Source: an uncultured Muribaculaceae bacterium
Lineage (GTDB): Bacteria > Bacillota_I > Bacilli_A > RF39 > UBA660
Direction of reading: 5' to 3'
NCBI GenBank assembly: GCA_964587565.1
Contig: CAZPLK010000004.1
Location: forward strand, 4,220-68,219
DNA: 64,000 bases
Shown piece after piece: positions 42,962-52,629 of the stretch. The notes under the pieces are model-generated. The model was not told where the DNA came from. It searched no databases and saw nothing but the letters and a program-made list of their open reading frames with translations. The first letter of the stretch is position 1. Each line of letters opens with the position of its first letter. Position numbers and translations under genes: made by a program.

Positions 42962-43327
42962 ATGGCACGAATTAAAGGTGTAGATATACCAGATAATAAA
43001 AGAGTGGAAATATCTTTAACTTATATTTATGGAATAGGAAAAAATTTATCTAATGAAATATTAGAAAATGTAAAAATTGACAAAAACAAGAAAGTTAGTG
43101 AATTAAGCAATGATGAACTTGCTTTATTACGTGAAGAATTAGAAAAATATACAACCGAAGGTGACTTAAGACGTGAAACAAACATGAATATTAAAAACAA
43201 AATGGAAATTAATTCATATGAAGGTACAAGACACCGTCGTGGATTACCTGTGCGTGGTCAAAGAACTAGTCGTAACGCTAGAACACGTAAAGGAAGAGGT
43301 AAAGTTGTTGCAAATAAGAAAAAATAA
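42962..43327 (+). CDS. rpsM: 30S ribosomal protein S13
   Basis: [21 protein letters not shown]. Confidence 0.96.
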   Translation: MARIKGVDIPDNKRVEISLTYIYGIGKNLSNEILENVKIDKNKKVSELSNDELALLREELEKYTTEGDLRRETNMNIKNKMEINSYEGTRHRRGLPVRGQRTSRNARTRKGRGKVVANKKK

Positions 43328-43350
43328 AATTAGTAAAAGGAGGATAACTA

Positions 43351-43734
43351 ATGGCATATAAACCAAGAAAAAGAAAAGTAAAAAAGAATGTACCAGAAGG
43401 TAAAGCATATATTCATTCTACTTTTAATAACACGATTGTTACTATAAGTGATAAAGAAGGAAATGCAATTAGTTGGGCATCAGCAGGAACGCTGGGATTT
43501 AAAGGAAGTAAAAAATCTACTCCATTCGCTGCTGGAATGTCAGCAGAAGCAGCAGGAAAAGCTGCAGCTGAAGTTGGTATGAAAAAAGTTGAGGTGTTTG
43601 TAAAAGGATTGGGTTCAGGGCGTGAAACAGCTATCCGTTCATTGCAAACAGCGGGGTTAGAAATAACTTCTATAACAGATGTAACACCAATACCACATAA
43701 TGGATGTCGTCCACCAAAGCGTCCGCGTGGATAA
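43351..43734 (+). CDS. rpsK: 30S ribosomal protein S11
   Basis: [33 protein letters not shown]. Confidence 0.96.
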   Translation: MAYKPRKRKVKKNVPEGKAYIHSTFNNTIVTISDKEGNAISWASAGTLGFKGSKKSTPFAAGMSAEAAGKAAAEVGMKKVEVFVKGLGSGRETAIRSLQTAGLEITSITDVTPIPHNGCRPPKRPRG

Positions 43735-43756
43735 ATTAGAAAAGGAGTGTGTTAGA

Positions 43757-44710
43757 GTGTTAAACTTTGAAAAACCAATATATAAAATAACTGAATACAT
43801 GGAAAATAATAATTATGGAAAATTTGAATTAGAACCATTAGAGAGAGGATTTGGAACGACAATAGGAAACGCTCTTAGAAGGGTAATGCTTTCTAGTTTG
43901 CCAGGAAGTGCAATAACTGCTGTTAAAATTGATGGAGTAATGCACGAGTTTCAAACAATTGATGGGGTTGTAGAAGATGTTACTACAATACTTTTAAATC
44001 TTAAAAATATTGTAATTAAGAATCATTCAAAAGAACCTAAAGTAATTCATTTATCAGTAGATAAAGAAAAAAAGGTTACTGCAGCTGATATTGATATTGA
44101 TCCTGATATTGAAATAATAAATAAAGATCAAGAAATAGCAACGATATCTAAAGGTGGGAAATTAGATATTGAAATGATTGTTACTAATGGTCGTGGTTAT
44201 ATTCCTTCAAGTGAAAACAAGAAACTTATTGAGGATGATAAAATAGGATATATTCCAATTGATGCACTTTATTCACCGATTGAAAGAGTAAATTACGAAG
44301 TAGAAGGTGCAAGAGTTGGGCAAGATGACAGCTATGATAAGTTAATTTTAAATGTATACACTAATGGTGGTTTAAGACCAGAAGAAGCTGTAGCATTAGC
44401 ATCAAAAATTTTAATGGAACACTTAAAGATATTATCAGAATTAAGTGAAATTACAGACTTAACTGGTGTGATGACTGCAAAAAAGGAAGATAGCAAACTT
44501 AAAAAATTGGAAATGTCAATAGATGACTTAGATTTTTCTGTACGTGCTTATAACTGTTTAAAGCGTGCAAACATAAATACTTTGGGTGATCTAGTTGAAA
44601 AAACAGAAATAGAAATGATGAAAATTAGAAATCTTGGTAAAAAATCATTAAAAGAAATTAATGATAAAATAAGAGAATTAGGCCTTAAATTCCGTGATGA
44701 AGATCAATAG
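43757..44710 (+). CDS. rpoA: DNA-directed RNA polymerase subunit alpha
   Basis: GTG start after AAAGGAG. PLERGFGTTIGNALRR. C-terminal HhH domain (SVRAYNCLKRANI). Confidence 0.95.
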   Translation: MLNFEKPIYKITEYMENNNYGKFELEPLERGFGTTIGNALRRVMLSSLPGSAITAVKIDGVMHEFQTIDGVVEDVTTILLNLKNIVIKNHSKEPKVIHLSVDKEKKVTAADIDIDPDIEIINKDQEIATISKGGKLDIEMIVTNGRGYIPSSENKKLIEDDKIGYIPIDALYSPIERVNYEVEGARVGQDDSYDKLILNVYTNGGLRPEEAVALASKILMEHLKILSELSEITDLTGVMTAKKEDSKLKKLEMSIDDLDFSVRAYNCLKRANINTLGDLVEKTEIEMMKIRNLGKKSLKEINDKIRELGLKFRDEDQ

Positions 44711-44725
44711 GTAGGAGGAAATATT

Positions 44726-45073
44726 ATGTATAGAAAACTAGGAAGAGATAATAAGCATAGAAGAAGTATGTTAGCAAATTTAACAAAAGATTTAATTATT
44801 AATGAGCAAATTCAAACTACTGAAGCAAGAGCAAAAGAAGTAAGAAAATTTTTTGATAAAATGATTACATACGGCAAGAAAAATGATTTAGTTTCTCGTA
44901 GAAAAGCATTGGCTTTTTTACAAAACGATAAAGAAGCAACTAAAAAAGTTTTTGATGTATTAGCCCCTAGGTTTGAAAACAGAAATGGTGGTTATACAAG
45001 GATTTTAAAATTAGATGAGCGTCGTGGTGATGATGCTATGATGGTTATTTTAAAATTAACTGAAGAAGAGTAA
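44726..45073 (+). CDS. rplQ: 50S ribosomal protein L17
   Basis: YRKLGR...HRRSMLANL. Confidence 0.96.
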   Translation: MYRKLGRDNKHRRSMLANLTKDLIINEQIQTTEARAKEVRKFFDKMITYGKKNDLVSRRKALAFLQNDKEATKKVFDVLAPRFENRNGGYTRILKLDERRGDDAMMVILKLTEEE

Positions 45074-45088
45074 TATACTCTTTTTTTA
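45066..45088 (+). terminator. Intrinsic terminator ending the ribosomal cluster
   Basis: AAGAGTA-ATA-TACTCTT followed by T7. Overlaps the rplQ stop. Confidence 0.75.
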
Positions 45089-45153
45089 TTAACAATTTTA
45101 ACAGTTGTTTTATGAATAAATATAATATATAATTATGTTAAGTAGGTGATAGT

Positions 45154-45909
45154 ATGACTGCTTTAATAACAGGGGCTAGTTCTGAAGTTGGAAAGTCTAT
45201 GGCAAAAATTTTATCAAATAAAGGATATAACCTTATTTTAGTATGTAAAAACAAAAAAGAATTATATAAATTAAAAAGCGAGTTAGGGAAAGATGTTAAA
45301 ATTATAATAACTGATATATCAAGCACATTTAATTGTATGAGACTGTATAATAGAGTCAAAGATGAAAATGTTGAAATACTAATTAATAATGCAGGGTTTG
45401 GCCTTTATGGTAATTTTTATAAGACAAGTATAACTAATGAATTAGACATGATCGATTTAAATATTAAAGCAACTCACATTCTTACTAAAATGTTTTTCAA
45501 AAAATTTAAAGAAAATAATAAAGGATATATATTAAATGTTTTATCTACTACTGCATTTTTACCAGTACCTCTAATGTCATCTTACTACGCTACTGAAAGT
45601 TATGTATTAAATTTATCAGAAACAATTAATGAAGAATTAAAACAAGAAAAAAGTAATGTTTATGTTGGAGTTTTTTGTCCAAAAACATTGAAACCAAATA
45701 TTAATAATAACGTTAAAACTAATTCACCACTTAATGTCACTGATTGTGATAAGGCGTGTAATTATGCAATAAAAATGATGTTTAATAAAAAAACAATAAT
45801 TATCCCAGGAATTTTAACAAAATTAGGAATTATCATAATTAAGTTATTACCACGAAGTGTAATTATAAGAATTAATTATAATATACAAAAATCCAAACAA
45901 AAAATATAA
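45154..45909 (+). CDS. Short-chain dehydrogenase/reductase family protein (catalytic Lys replaced by Glu)
   Basis: TGASSEVG, NNAG, Ser...YYATE in place of YxxxK. Confidence 0.8.
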   Translation: MTALITGASSEVGKSMAKILSNKGYNLILVCKNKKELYKLKSELGKDVKIIITDISSTFNCMRLYNRVKDENVEILINNAGFGLYGNFYKTSITNELDMIDLNIKATHILTKMFFKKFKENNKGYILNVLSTTAFLPVPLMSSYYATESYVLNLSETINEELKQEKSNVYVGVFCPKTLKPNINNNVKTNSPLNVTDCDKACNYAIKMMFNKKTIIIPGILTKLGIIIIKLLPRSVIIRINYNIQKSKQKI

Positions 45910-45929
45910 CAGTGTAAACTGTTTTTTTT
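45908..45929 (+). terminator. Intrinsic terminator after SDR gene
   Basis: AACAGT-GTAA-ACTGTT followed by T7. Confidence 0.7.
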
Positions 45930-45980
45930 GTCGAATATTTATTGTGGTAGATATCACTGTGATTTAATATTATTTTATAG

Positions 45981-48593
45981 GTGATCATAGTGAAAATAAA
46001 TGAAATAGGTTTAACAGATAAACAAGTGTTAGAGTCACGTAGCAAATATGGTAGTAATATGATAAGTATAAAACAAAAAAATTCTTTTGTAAAATTATTT
46101 ATTGAGAGCCTTGGGGAACCAATGACTAAAATATTGTTAATAGCATTAGCGGTAAAAACCTTGTTTTTATTAAGTAGATTTAATTGGTACGAAACAATCG
46201 GAATTGCTGTTGCAATTTTTGTTGCTTCATTAATATCCACAGTTTCTGAATATGGAAGTGAGGAGTCGTTTAAAAAATTACAAGAAGAAGCTTCTAAAAT
46301 TAATTGCAGAGCATATAGAAATAACAAATTAATAGAAATACCAATGGATGAAGTAGTAAAAAATGATGTTATATTATTACAAACTGGTGATAAAATACCA
46401 GCAGATGGAATAGTTATAAAAGGTACGATAGATGTTGATGAATCGGCACTTAGTGGTGAAACAAAGGAGATAACTAAAAATATAAATAATAATAAAATTT
46501 TAAGGGGTAGTGTTGTATGCGCAAATGAGGCAACTATGTTAGTTACAAGTGTTGGGGATAAAACGATTTATGGAAGTATTGGTTTAGGTTTGCAAGAAGA
46601 AAAAAGGGAAAGTCCATTAAAATATAGATTACGTAAATTAGCACAAATAATTAGCAATCTAGGATACATTGGTGCATTTTTAGTTGCAAGTTCATACTTG
46701 TTTGATGTAATTGTATTAAAAAACAATTTTAATATAGTTAAAATAAAACTATTTTTAAATAATTATCCTGTTTTAATTGGACATATATTACACGCAATAA
46801 CTTTAGCTGTAACAGTTATTGTCGTTGCAGTTCCAGAAGGATTGCCAATGATGATAACGTTAGTATTATCAAGGAATATGAAAAAAATGTTAAAAGATAA
46901 CATTTTGGTAAGAAAATTATTTGGAATTGAAACATTTGGTAATTTAAATATATTGTTTACTGATAAAACAGGTACATTGACGAAAGGAAAATTGCAAGTA
47001 ACAACATTTATTGATGCTTTAGGTAATGAGTATAAAGGAGAATTTCCCAAACAGACAAATAAGTTATTTGACATACTTAGAATATCATTATTATACAATA
47101 ATGATTCAACCTTTGATGTAACAAAAAACATTGCAATTGGAAGTAATGCAACAGACAGAGCATTAATGGAATATGTTTCCAAAACAAGTATGAAAGATAA
47201 TATAATAAAGAAAAAAATAGTGCAATTTGATAGTGAATTAAAATATTCAATAACTAATATTAGTGGGGATGAAAATATAACATTAATAAAAGGAATGCCA
47301 GAATTAATTATTGAAAAATGTAATTATTATTATGAAAAAGACAATACAAAAAGGTTGTTTTTAAACAAATTTAAACTTACTCAAATTTTAAATGATCTAA
47401 GTGAAAAAAATATAAGATTTATAGCAGTTGCAACTAGTTCTATTGAACCACTGAAAAATGAGATACCTAGCAAACTCACATTAATTGGATTAGTAGGAAT
47501 TAGGGATGAAATTAGACCCCAAGTAAAAGAATCAGTTAAGGAAGTACAAAAAGCTGGGGTTCAAGTTGTAATGATAACTGGTGATGCAAAAAAAACCGCA
47601 GTAGCAATAGCAAAAGAAGTGGGGTTAATTGAAAGTAATTCATTAATATATACAAGTGATGAATTATCAAGATTATCTGATGAAAAATTAAAAAAGGATC
47701 TTAAAAATATCCGTGTTGTAGCAAGAGCATTACCTAGTGATAAAAGTAGATTGGTAAAAATAGCACAAGAACTAAATCTAGTAGTTGGAATGACAGGGGA
47801 TGGTGTCAATGATGCCCCAGCGATTAAAATGGCTGATGTAGGTATTGCGATGGGAAGCGGAACAGAAGTAGCAAAAGAAGCTTCCGATATAGTTATTTTA
47901 GATGATAATTTTGAATCAATTTCTAAATCTATACTATATGGAAGGACTATATTTAAAAATATTAGAAAATTTATTGTACTACAATTAACAATAAATATGT
48001 GTGCTGTTGGAATATCAATTGTAGGACCATTTATTGGTGTTAATAATCCAATTACTGTTATTCAAATGTTGTGGGTCAATATGGTAATGGATACATTAGC
48101 AGCATTAGCTTTCGCTGGTGAACCAGCCTTAATTGAATATATGAATGAACAACCTAAGCGTAGGGATGAAAACATTATAAATAAATATATGTTAGGTCAA
48201 ATACTATTTACTGGTATGTATTCATTTATATTATGCTTGCTATTTTTAAAAACACCTATTATAAAAACCATTTATGATGGAAGTACAATTGAACTCATGA
48301 CAGCTTTCTTTGCACTTTTTATATTTATTGGAATCTTTAATTGTTTTAATGCTAGAACTCATAGATTAAATATATTTGCGAACTTATTAAAAAATAAGGC
48401 ATTTATAATTATAATGTTATTAATTTCAATTATTCAGTTATATATAATATATTATGGGGGTACAATTTTTAGGGTTGTTGGATTAAGTTTTAAAGAACTT
48501 ATAATAATAATAGTATTAGGATTCTCTGTTGTACCAATAGATTGGATTAGAAAAACTTGGTTAAAAAACAAAAATAAAAATATTGGGGTTTAA
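45981..48593 (+). CDS. P-type ATPase, Ca2+-transporting (type IIA-like)
   Basis: 870 aa. DKTGTLT, TGDAKKTA, GDGVNDAPA, PEGLP in TM4. Start is the GTG at 45981 or 45990. Confidence 0.88.
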   Translation: MIIVKINEIGLTDKQVLESRSKYGSNMISIKQKNSFVKLFIESLGEPMTKILLIALAVKTLFLLSRFNWYETIGIAVAIFVASLISTVSEYGSEESFKKLQEEASKINCRAYRNNKLIEIPMDEVVKNDVILLQTGDKIPADGIVIKGTIDVDESALSGETKEITKNINNNKILRGSVVCANEATMLVTSVGDKTIYGSIGLGLQEEKRESPLKYRLRKLAQIISNLGYIGAFLVASSYLFDVIVLKNNFNIVKIKLFLNNYPVLIGHILHAITLAVTVIVVAVPEGLPMMITLVLSRNMKKMLKDNILVRKLFGIETFGNLNILFTDKTGTLTKGKLQVTTFIDALGNEYKGEFPKQTNKLFDILRISLLYNNDSTFDVTKNIAIGSNATDRALMEYVSKTSMKDNIIKKKIVQFDSELKYSITNISGDENITLIKGMPELIIEKCNYYYEKDNTKRLFLNKFKLTQILNDLSEKNIRFIAVATSSIEPLKNEIPSKLTLIGLVGIRDEIRPQVKESVKEVQKAGVQVVMITGDAKKTAVAIAKEVGLIESNSLIYTSDELSRLSDEKLKKDLKNIRVVARALPSDKSRLVKIAQELNLVVGMTGDGVNDAPAIKMADVGIAMGSGTEVAKEASDIVILDDNFESISKSILYGRTIFKNIRKFIVLQLTINMCAVGISIVGPFIGVNNPITVIQMLWVNMVMDTLAALAFAGEPALIEYMNEQPKRRDENIINKYMLGQILFTGMYSFILCLLFLKTPIIKTIYDGSTIELMTAFFALFIFIGIFNCFNARTHRLNIFANLLKNKAFIIIMLLISIIQLYIIYYGGTIFRVVGLSFKELIIIIVLGFSVVPIDWIRKTWLKNKNKNIGV

Positions 48594-48635
48594 AAAACCA
48601 TAAAAAACATGTTATAATAAATTAGGAGGTAAGAT

Positions 48636-49010
48636 ATGAAAATATTTAAATGTGAAATTTGCGGTAATATTGTTGAGTTAATTAATAACGGTGGTGGTAC
48701 ATTAGTATGTTGTGGCCAAGAAATGAATGAAATTGAAATAAGTACAGAAGAAAATACGTATGAAAAACACATTCCGTTTATGACGAAAAAAGGTAATGAA
48801 TTATCAGTACAAATTGGTAAGGTAATTCACCCAATGATTAAAGAACATTACATTGAATGGATAGCAATAATTGAGGATAATAAAATCCAAAAAGTTAATT
48901 TAAATCCCGATGAAGATCCGATCGCCAAATTCATCGTAAATGGAACTAATATTACAGCGTACGCTTATTGCAATATACATGGATTATACAAAACTACTAA
49001 AATAAATTAA
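48636..49010 (+). CDS. dfx: Desulfoferrodoxin (2Fe superoxide reductase)
   Basis: 124 aa. N-terminal desulforedoxin CEICGN...CCG plus a C-terminal neelaredoxin domain (EKHIP...HPM...H.IEWI...C.IHG). Confidence 0.88.
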   Translation: MKIFKCEICGNIVELINNGGGTLVCCGQEMNEIEISTEENTYEKHIPFMTKKGNELSVQIGKVIHPMIKEHYIEWIAIIEDNKIQKVNLNPDEDPIAKFIVNGTNITAYAYCNIHGLYKTTKIN

Positions 49011-49034
49011 AACCTTAAAATTTTAAGGTTTTTT
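49010..49034 (+). terminator. Intrinsic terminator after dfx
   Basis: AAACCTTAAA/TTTAAGGTTT hairpin followed by a T-run. Confidence 0.75.
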
Positions 49035-49211
49035 ATATTTGCGTAACTAATTAGTGTTATAAAATTCATAAATGTTTTAAAAATTATAACAAATTAATTG
49101 TAACTTATGCTAAGCTTGTTTAATATAATGATGATTAATATATAATCCTCCGTAAAAAAAACATCGAAGATAAATATACTCAATTTTTTAAAAATTGTAA
49201 TTATATAAATA

Positions 49212-50093
49212 TTATTGTTTCGTTAAACGGTAGAAATTAAAAGATGGTTTATTAAAAAGTCTAATATCTAAAGTTGAGGTCCCCAAACCACTTGAAATGT
49301 ACAAATCTGTATTATCAATATTATAGTGTTCATCATAATATTTTTTGGCACCAATCGGTTTAATTAAGGCTCCAAAATAAGGTAACTTAATTTGTCCATT
49401 ATGAGAATGGCCAGCTAAAATTAAATTATAATTTTTAGTATTAAGTTCATCTATAAAATCTGGTTCATGCAATAACATGATATTGTACACAGGTTTAGGT
49501 ATCTTAGAATTTGGTAATGAAGTATCGTTTAAAAACTTATTGATTAAAGATAATTTTTTTTGAATTGAATTATTATTATCATTTAAGTTTGAACTTAAAC
49601 CTGAAATAAAAATAGGTAAATTGCCCTCATTATATATCAACTCAAAATTATTATTTAAATTAATAAAATTAGATTTTTCAATTATATACTGCCATTCTTC
49701 TAAACCATAATCAGTATCATGATTACCACTAATAGCATATTTTCCAATTTTACTATTGATATTTCCCAAAAATTTTATTAATGTGTTTTTTTCATCACTT
49801 TCTAACTTTCTATCCCTATCTAATAAATCACCGGTAAGAACAACAATATCAGGTTTTGTCATATTGATATTATGAACAACATTATCCATATTTTTTTCGT
49901 TAATAATTCTACCATAATGAATATCACTTATGTGAACTACTTTAAAACCATGAAAATAATCTGGTAATTTATTATTAATTATTTTAATTTCATTAACTTT
50001 CAATCCTTTTGTACCTAAAAAATAAGCATATATAAATAAAGTTATAAATATAATAGCAACAGAGCATAATAAAATATAAAACTTTTTTTTCAT
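49212..50093 (-). CDS. Membrane-anchored metallophosphoesterase (YkuE-like)
   Basis: N-terminal TM. Motifs HISDIHYG, GDLLD, GNHD, LLHEP, GHSHNGQ. Confidence 0.85.
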   Translation of the reverse strand: MKKKFYILLCSVAIIFITLFIYAYFLGTKGLKVNEIKIINNKLPDYFHGFKVVHISDIHYGRIINEKNMDNVVHNINMTKPDIVVLTGDLLDRDRKLESDEKNTLIKFLGNINSKIGKYAISGNHDTDYGLEEWQYIIEKSNFINLNNNFELIYNEGNLPIFISGLSSNLNDNNNSIQKKLSLINKFLNDTSLPNSKIPKPVYNIMLLHEPDFIDELNTKNYNLILAGHSHNGQIKLPYFGALIKPIGAKKYYDEHYNIDNTDLYISSGLGTSTLDIRLFNKPSFNFYRLTKQ

Positions 50094-50102
50094 ACGACAC
50101 CC

Positions 50103-50804
50103 CTATCCAAAAAATAATAAAATAAATTGTAATGAAATTAAAATTCCATTATGTAGAAAATGAAATCCTATTGGTACAAAAATATTTTGTGTTTTAATTA
50201 GTATTAAAGAAAAAGCAATAGCTGGAATAGCATAAGGTATTAAATATAATAACTCAATATAAGAATTAAGAGTACCAATAACATGAAAAGAACTAAAAAT
50301 GAATGCAGACATAAAAACAAATAAAATATCATTTGAAAATATATCTCTAAAACTTTGCCTGAAAACTAATTCTTCTATAATAGGTGCGAAAATAACTGCT
50401 GTGATAAACATAATAAATGGATTGCTTTGAAATATTTCCCTCACGATTTCCTCATTTTTTGGAATCGTATTTGGCATAAAATTTAAAAATATTAAGTTAA
50501 ATAAAGCCATAAAAAACAAAGCTGCTAACCAATATTTCAAATATTTTTTAAAATATTCTTTGTGGTTTTTCAATAAATCGTAATAATTATTTTTTAAAGT
50601 ATCCTTATAAATAAATGATATAATAATAATTAAGAAAAAGGAAATAATTGTGTTGTATATTATATAATAATTATCAGAAATTTTATCGAACCCTAAAAAT
50701 TGAATAGGAATATTTTTAAAAAATGTAATAAAAACATATACGCTAAACACTAACAATCCCCTAAACACAGATTTGTATTTATTTTTAATAGAATTAATAT
50801 TCAT
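50103..50804 (-). CDS. CPBP family intramembrane glutamic endopeptidase
   Basis: APIIEELVFRQ, FSSFH, FHFLHN motifs in a polytopic protein. Confidence 0.85.
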   Translation of the reverse strand: MNINSIKNKYKSVFRGLLVFSVYVFITFFKNIPIQFLGFDKISDNYYIIYNTIISFFLIIIISFIYKDTLKNNYYDLLKNHKEYFKKYLKYWLAALFFMALFNLIFLNFMPNTIPKNEEIVREIFQSNPFIMFITAVIFAPIIEELVFRQSFRDIFSNDILFVFMSAFIFSSFHVIGTLNSYIELLYLIPYAIPAIAFSLILIKTQNIFVPIGFHFLHNGILISLQFILLFFG

Positions 50805-50887
50805 ATAATCATCTCCACTGTAATTATACCAAAAATAATTAAAATAATATATATTATTATATAAATGTTTTAAAAACTATGTATATA

Positions 50888-50896
50888 TGGTATAAT
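50888..50896 (+). promoter_or_regulatory. Extended -10 promoter element TGGTATAAT upstream of rimP-nusA
   Basis: TGnTATAAT at 50888-50896. Only a weak -35. Confidence 0.45.
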
Positions 50897-50907
50897 ACAA
50901 TATATAA

Positions 50908-50929
50908 AAGAGTGGGGGGACCCACTCTT
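50908..50929 (+). promoter_or_regulatory. 9-bp GC-rich 5' stem-loop in rimP leader (AAGAGTGGG-GGGA-CCCACTCTT)
   Basis: Perfect hairpin just downstream of the putative start. No U-run follows, so it is not a terminator. Confidence 0.4.
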
Positions 50930-50950
50930 TACCATAGGTGGAGGAATAAA

Positions 50951-51202
50951 ATGAAAATAGAAGATAAAATTAGAGAGTTAATAGAAAAACCAATACAAGA
51001 CCAAAAATTTATATTAGATGAAATAATTTATGTTAAAGAAAATGGTGTCAATTTTTTAAGAATTGTGATAGATAAAGAAAATTCGGTAAATGTTGATGAT
51101 TGTGTCAAGGTAACGGAAATAATAAATCCGATTTTAGATGAACATGATTTAATTGAAGAAAGTTATATATTAGATATATGTTCAAAAGAGAGGGGGAATT
51201 AA
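50951..51202 (+). CDS. rimP: Ribosome maturation factor RimP, N-terminal domain only (83 aa)
   Basis: Start MKIEDKIREL after GGTGGAGG. Homology to RimP ends where LEVSSPG normally sits (LDICSKERGN stop). nusA starts 2 nt later. Confidence 0.75.
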   Translation: MKIEDKIRELIEKPIQDQKFILDEIIYVKENGVNFLRIVIDKENSVNVDDCVKVTEIINPILDEHDLIEESYILDICSKERGN

Positions 51203-51203
51203 A

Positions 51204-52340
51204 ATGGATATTAAAGCATTTAAAAATGCTATAAAATTACTTGTTAAAGAAAAAGGTATAGAAGAAGAAGTAATATATGAGGCTCTTGAATTAGCTCTTA
51301 CTTCTGCGTACAAAAAAAATTATAAATCTTTATCAAATGTTAGAGTTGTTATAAATAAAGAAACTGGTGAAATAAAAGTATTTTCATTTAAAACAGTTGT
51401 TGACCCAGAAAGTGAAGTGGAAATTGTTGTAGATCAAACATTTGATGGAGAAGATATTGTAGAAAAAACAAAATTACCTTTTGATGAAAGAATACACCTA
51501 ACATTAGAAGAAGCACAAAAAATAGTCCCAGGTATAGAAATTGGTGAAACAATTGAAGAAGAAGTTACACCAAAAGATTTCGGACGTGTTGCAGCAGCTA
51601 CTGCTAAACAAGTTGTTATTCAAAAAATTAGGGAAGCAGAAAGAGAAATTATAAGTGAAGAGTATAGTGACAAAGAAGATGAAATGATAAGTGGACTTGT
51701 TGCGATGGAAGATGTTAGAAATTATTATATTGATTTAGGAAGAGTACAAGGTATATTGCCAAAAACTGAAATAATTCCAGGTGAAGAAATAAAAATGGGT
51801 TCTAACATAAAAGTATATGTGACAAAGGTTGAAACTGGTTCAAAAGGTACGGTTATATTATTATCTAGAAAACATTACGGCTTTGTTAAAAGGTTATTTG
51901 AATTAGAAATACCAGAAATAAATGAAGGAATTATTATGGTATATAGTGTTGCGCGCGAAGCGGGTAATAGGACTAAAATATCAGTTTATTCTGAAAACCC
52001 AAATGTTGATGCAATAGGATCATGTATTGGTGAAAAAGGAAGTAGAATAAATAGAATTATAGATGAATTAAATGGTGAAAAGATAGATCTAATATTGTAC
52101 GAACAAGAACCATCTAAATTTATTGCTAATGCCTTAAATCCTGCAAAAGATTTAAGTGTATTTATAATAGATGAAGATAATAGGGAGGCTATGGTAGTAG
52201 TTAATGATGAAAACTTACCATTAGCAATTGGAAGAAGGGGTGTTAATGTGCGTTTAGCAGCGCGTTTAACTCATTACCGCATTGATGTAAAAACTTATGA
52301 TCAAGCAAAAGAAGAAGGAATAAATATAATTACTGAGTAG
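51204..52340 (+). CDS. nusA: Transcription termination/antitermination factor NusA
   Basis: 378 aa. N-domain, S1, two KH domains (GSCIGEKGSRI, AIGRRGVNVRLA). Confidence 0.95.
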   Translation: MDIKAFKNAIKLLVKEKGIEEEVIYEALELALTSAYKKNYKSLSNVRVVINKETGEIKVFSFKTVVDPESEVEIVVDQTFDGEDIVEKTKLPFDERIHLTLEEAQKIVPGIEIGETIEEEVTPKDFGRVAAATAKQVVIQKIREAEREIISEEYSDKEDEMISGLVAMEDVRNYYIDLGRVQGILPKTEIIPGEEIKMGSNIKVYVTKVETGSKGTVILLSRKHYGFVKRLFELEIPEINEGIIMVYSVAREAGNRTKISVYSENPNVDAIGSCIGEKGSRINRIIDELNGEKIDLILYEQEPSKFIANALNPAKDLSVFIIDEDNREAMVVVNDENLPLAIGRRGVNVRLAARLTHYRIDVKTYDQAKEEGINIITE

Positions 52341-52352
52341 GGAGTTGATACA

Positions 52353-52610
52353 TTGAAAAAAAGAAAAATACCAATGCGTAGATGTATAATATCAAAAGAA
52401 CAATTACCAAAGTATGAACTTATAAGGATTGTTAGAACTCCAGAAAAACAAGTTATTATCGATCCAAATGGAAAACATAATGGAAGAGGAGCATACCTTA
52501 AAAAAGATGCAAACATAATAAAACAAGCACTAAAAAGTAAAGTGTTAGAAAAACACTTAGAAGTAAAAATACCAGATGAAATTTATGAACAATTATTAAA
52601 AATTAAATAA
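52353..52610 (+). CDS. ylxR: YlxR/RnpM (DUF448) RNA-binding protein
   Basis: TTG start. KKRKIPMRRCI...ELIRIV...GRGAYL. Confidence 0.88.
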   Translation: MKKRKIPMRRCIISKEQLPKYELIRIVRTPEKQVIIDPNGKHNGRGAYLKKDANIIKQALKSKVLEKHLEVKIPDEIYEQLLKIK

Positions 52611-52629
52611 TAAGAAAGAGGTGGGTCAG

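Noticed and set aside
45797-45816. Additional NBS-like sequences: TTATCCCAGGAATT near 45800, GATCCCGGGAATC near 57170, and several isolated GGGAAAT half-sites.
   Set aside because: They match the 14-mer at 10/14 or fewer positions, or are single half-sites. That is not distinguishable from chance by eye.
45925-45940. TTTGTCGAATA upstream of the P-type ATPase resembles a Spo0A box.
   Set aside because: A single 7-mer core is expected by chance several times in 64 kb, and there is no supporting context.
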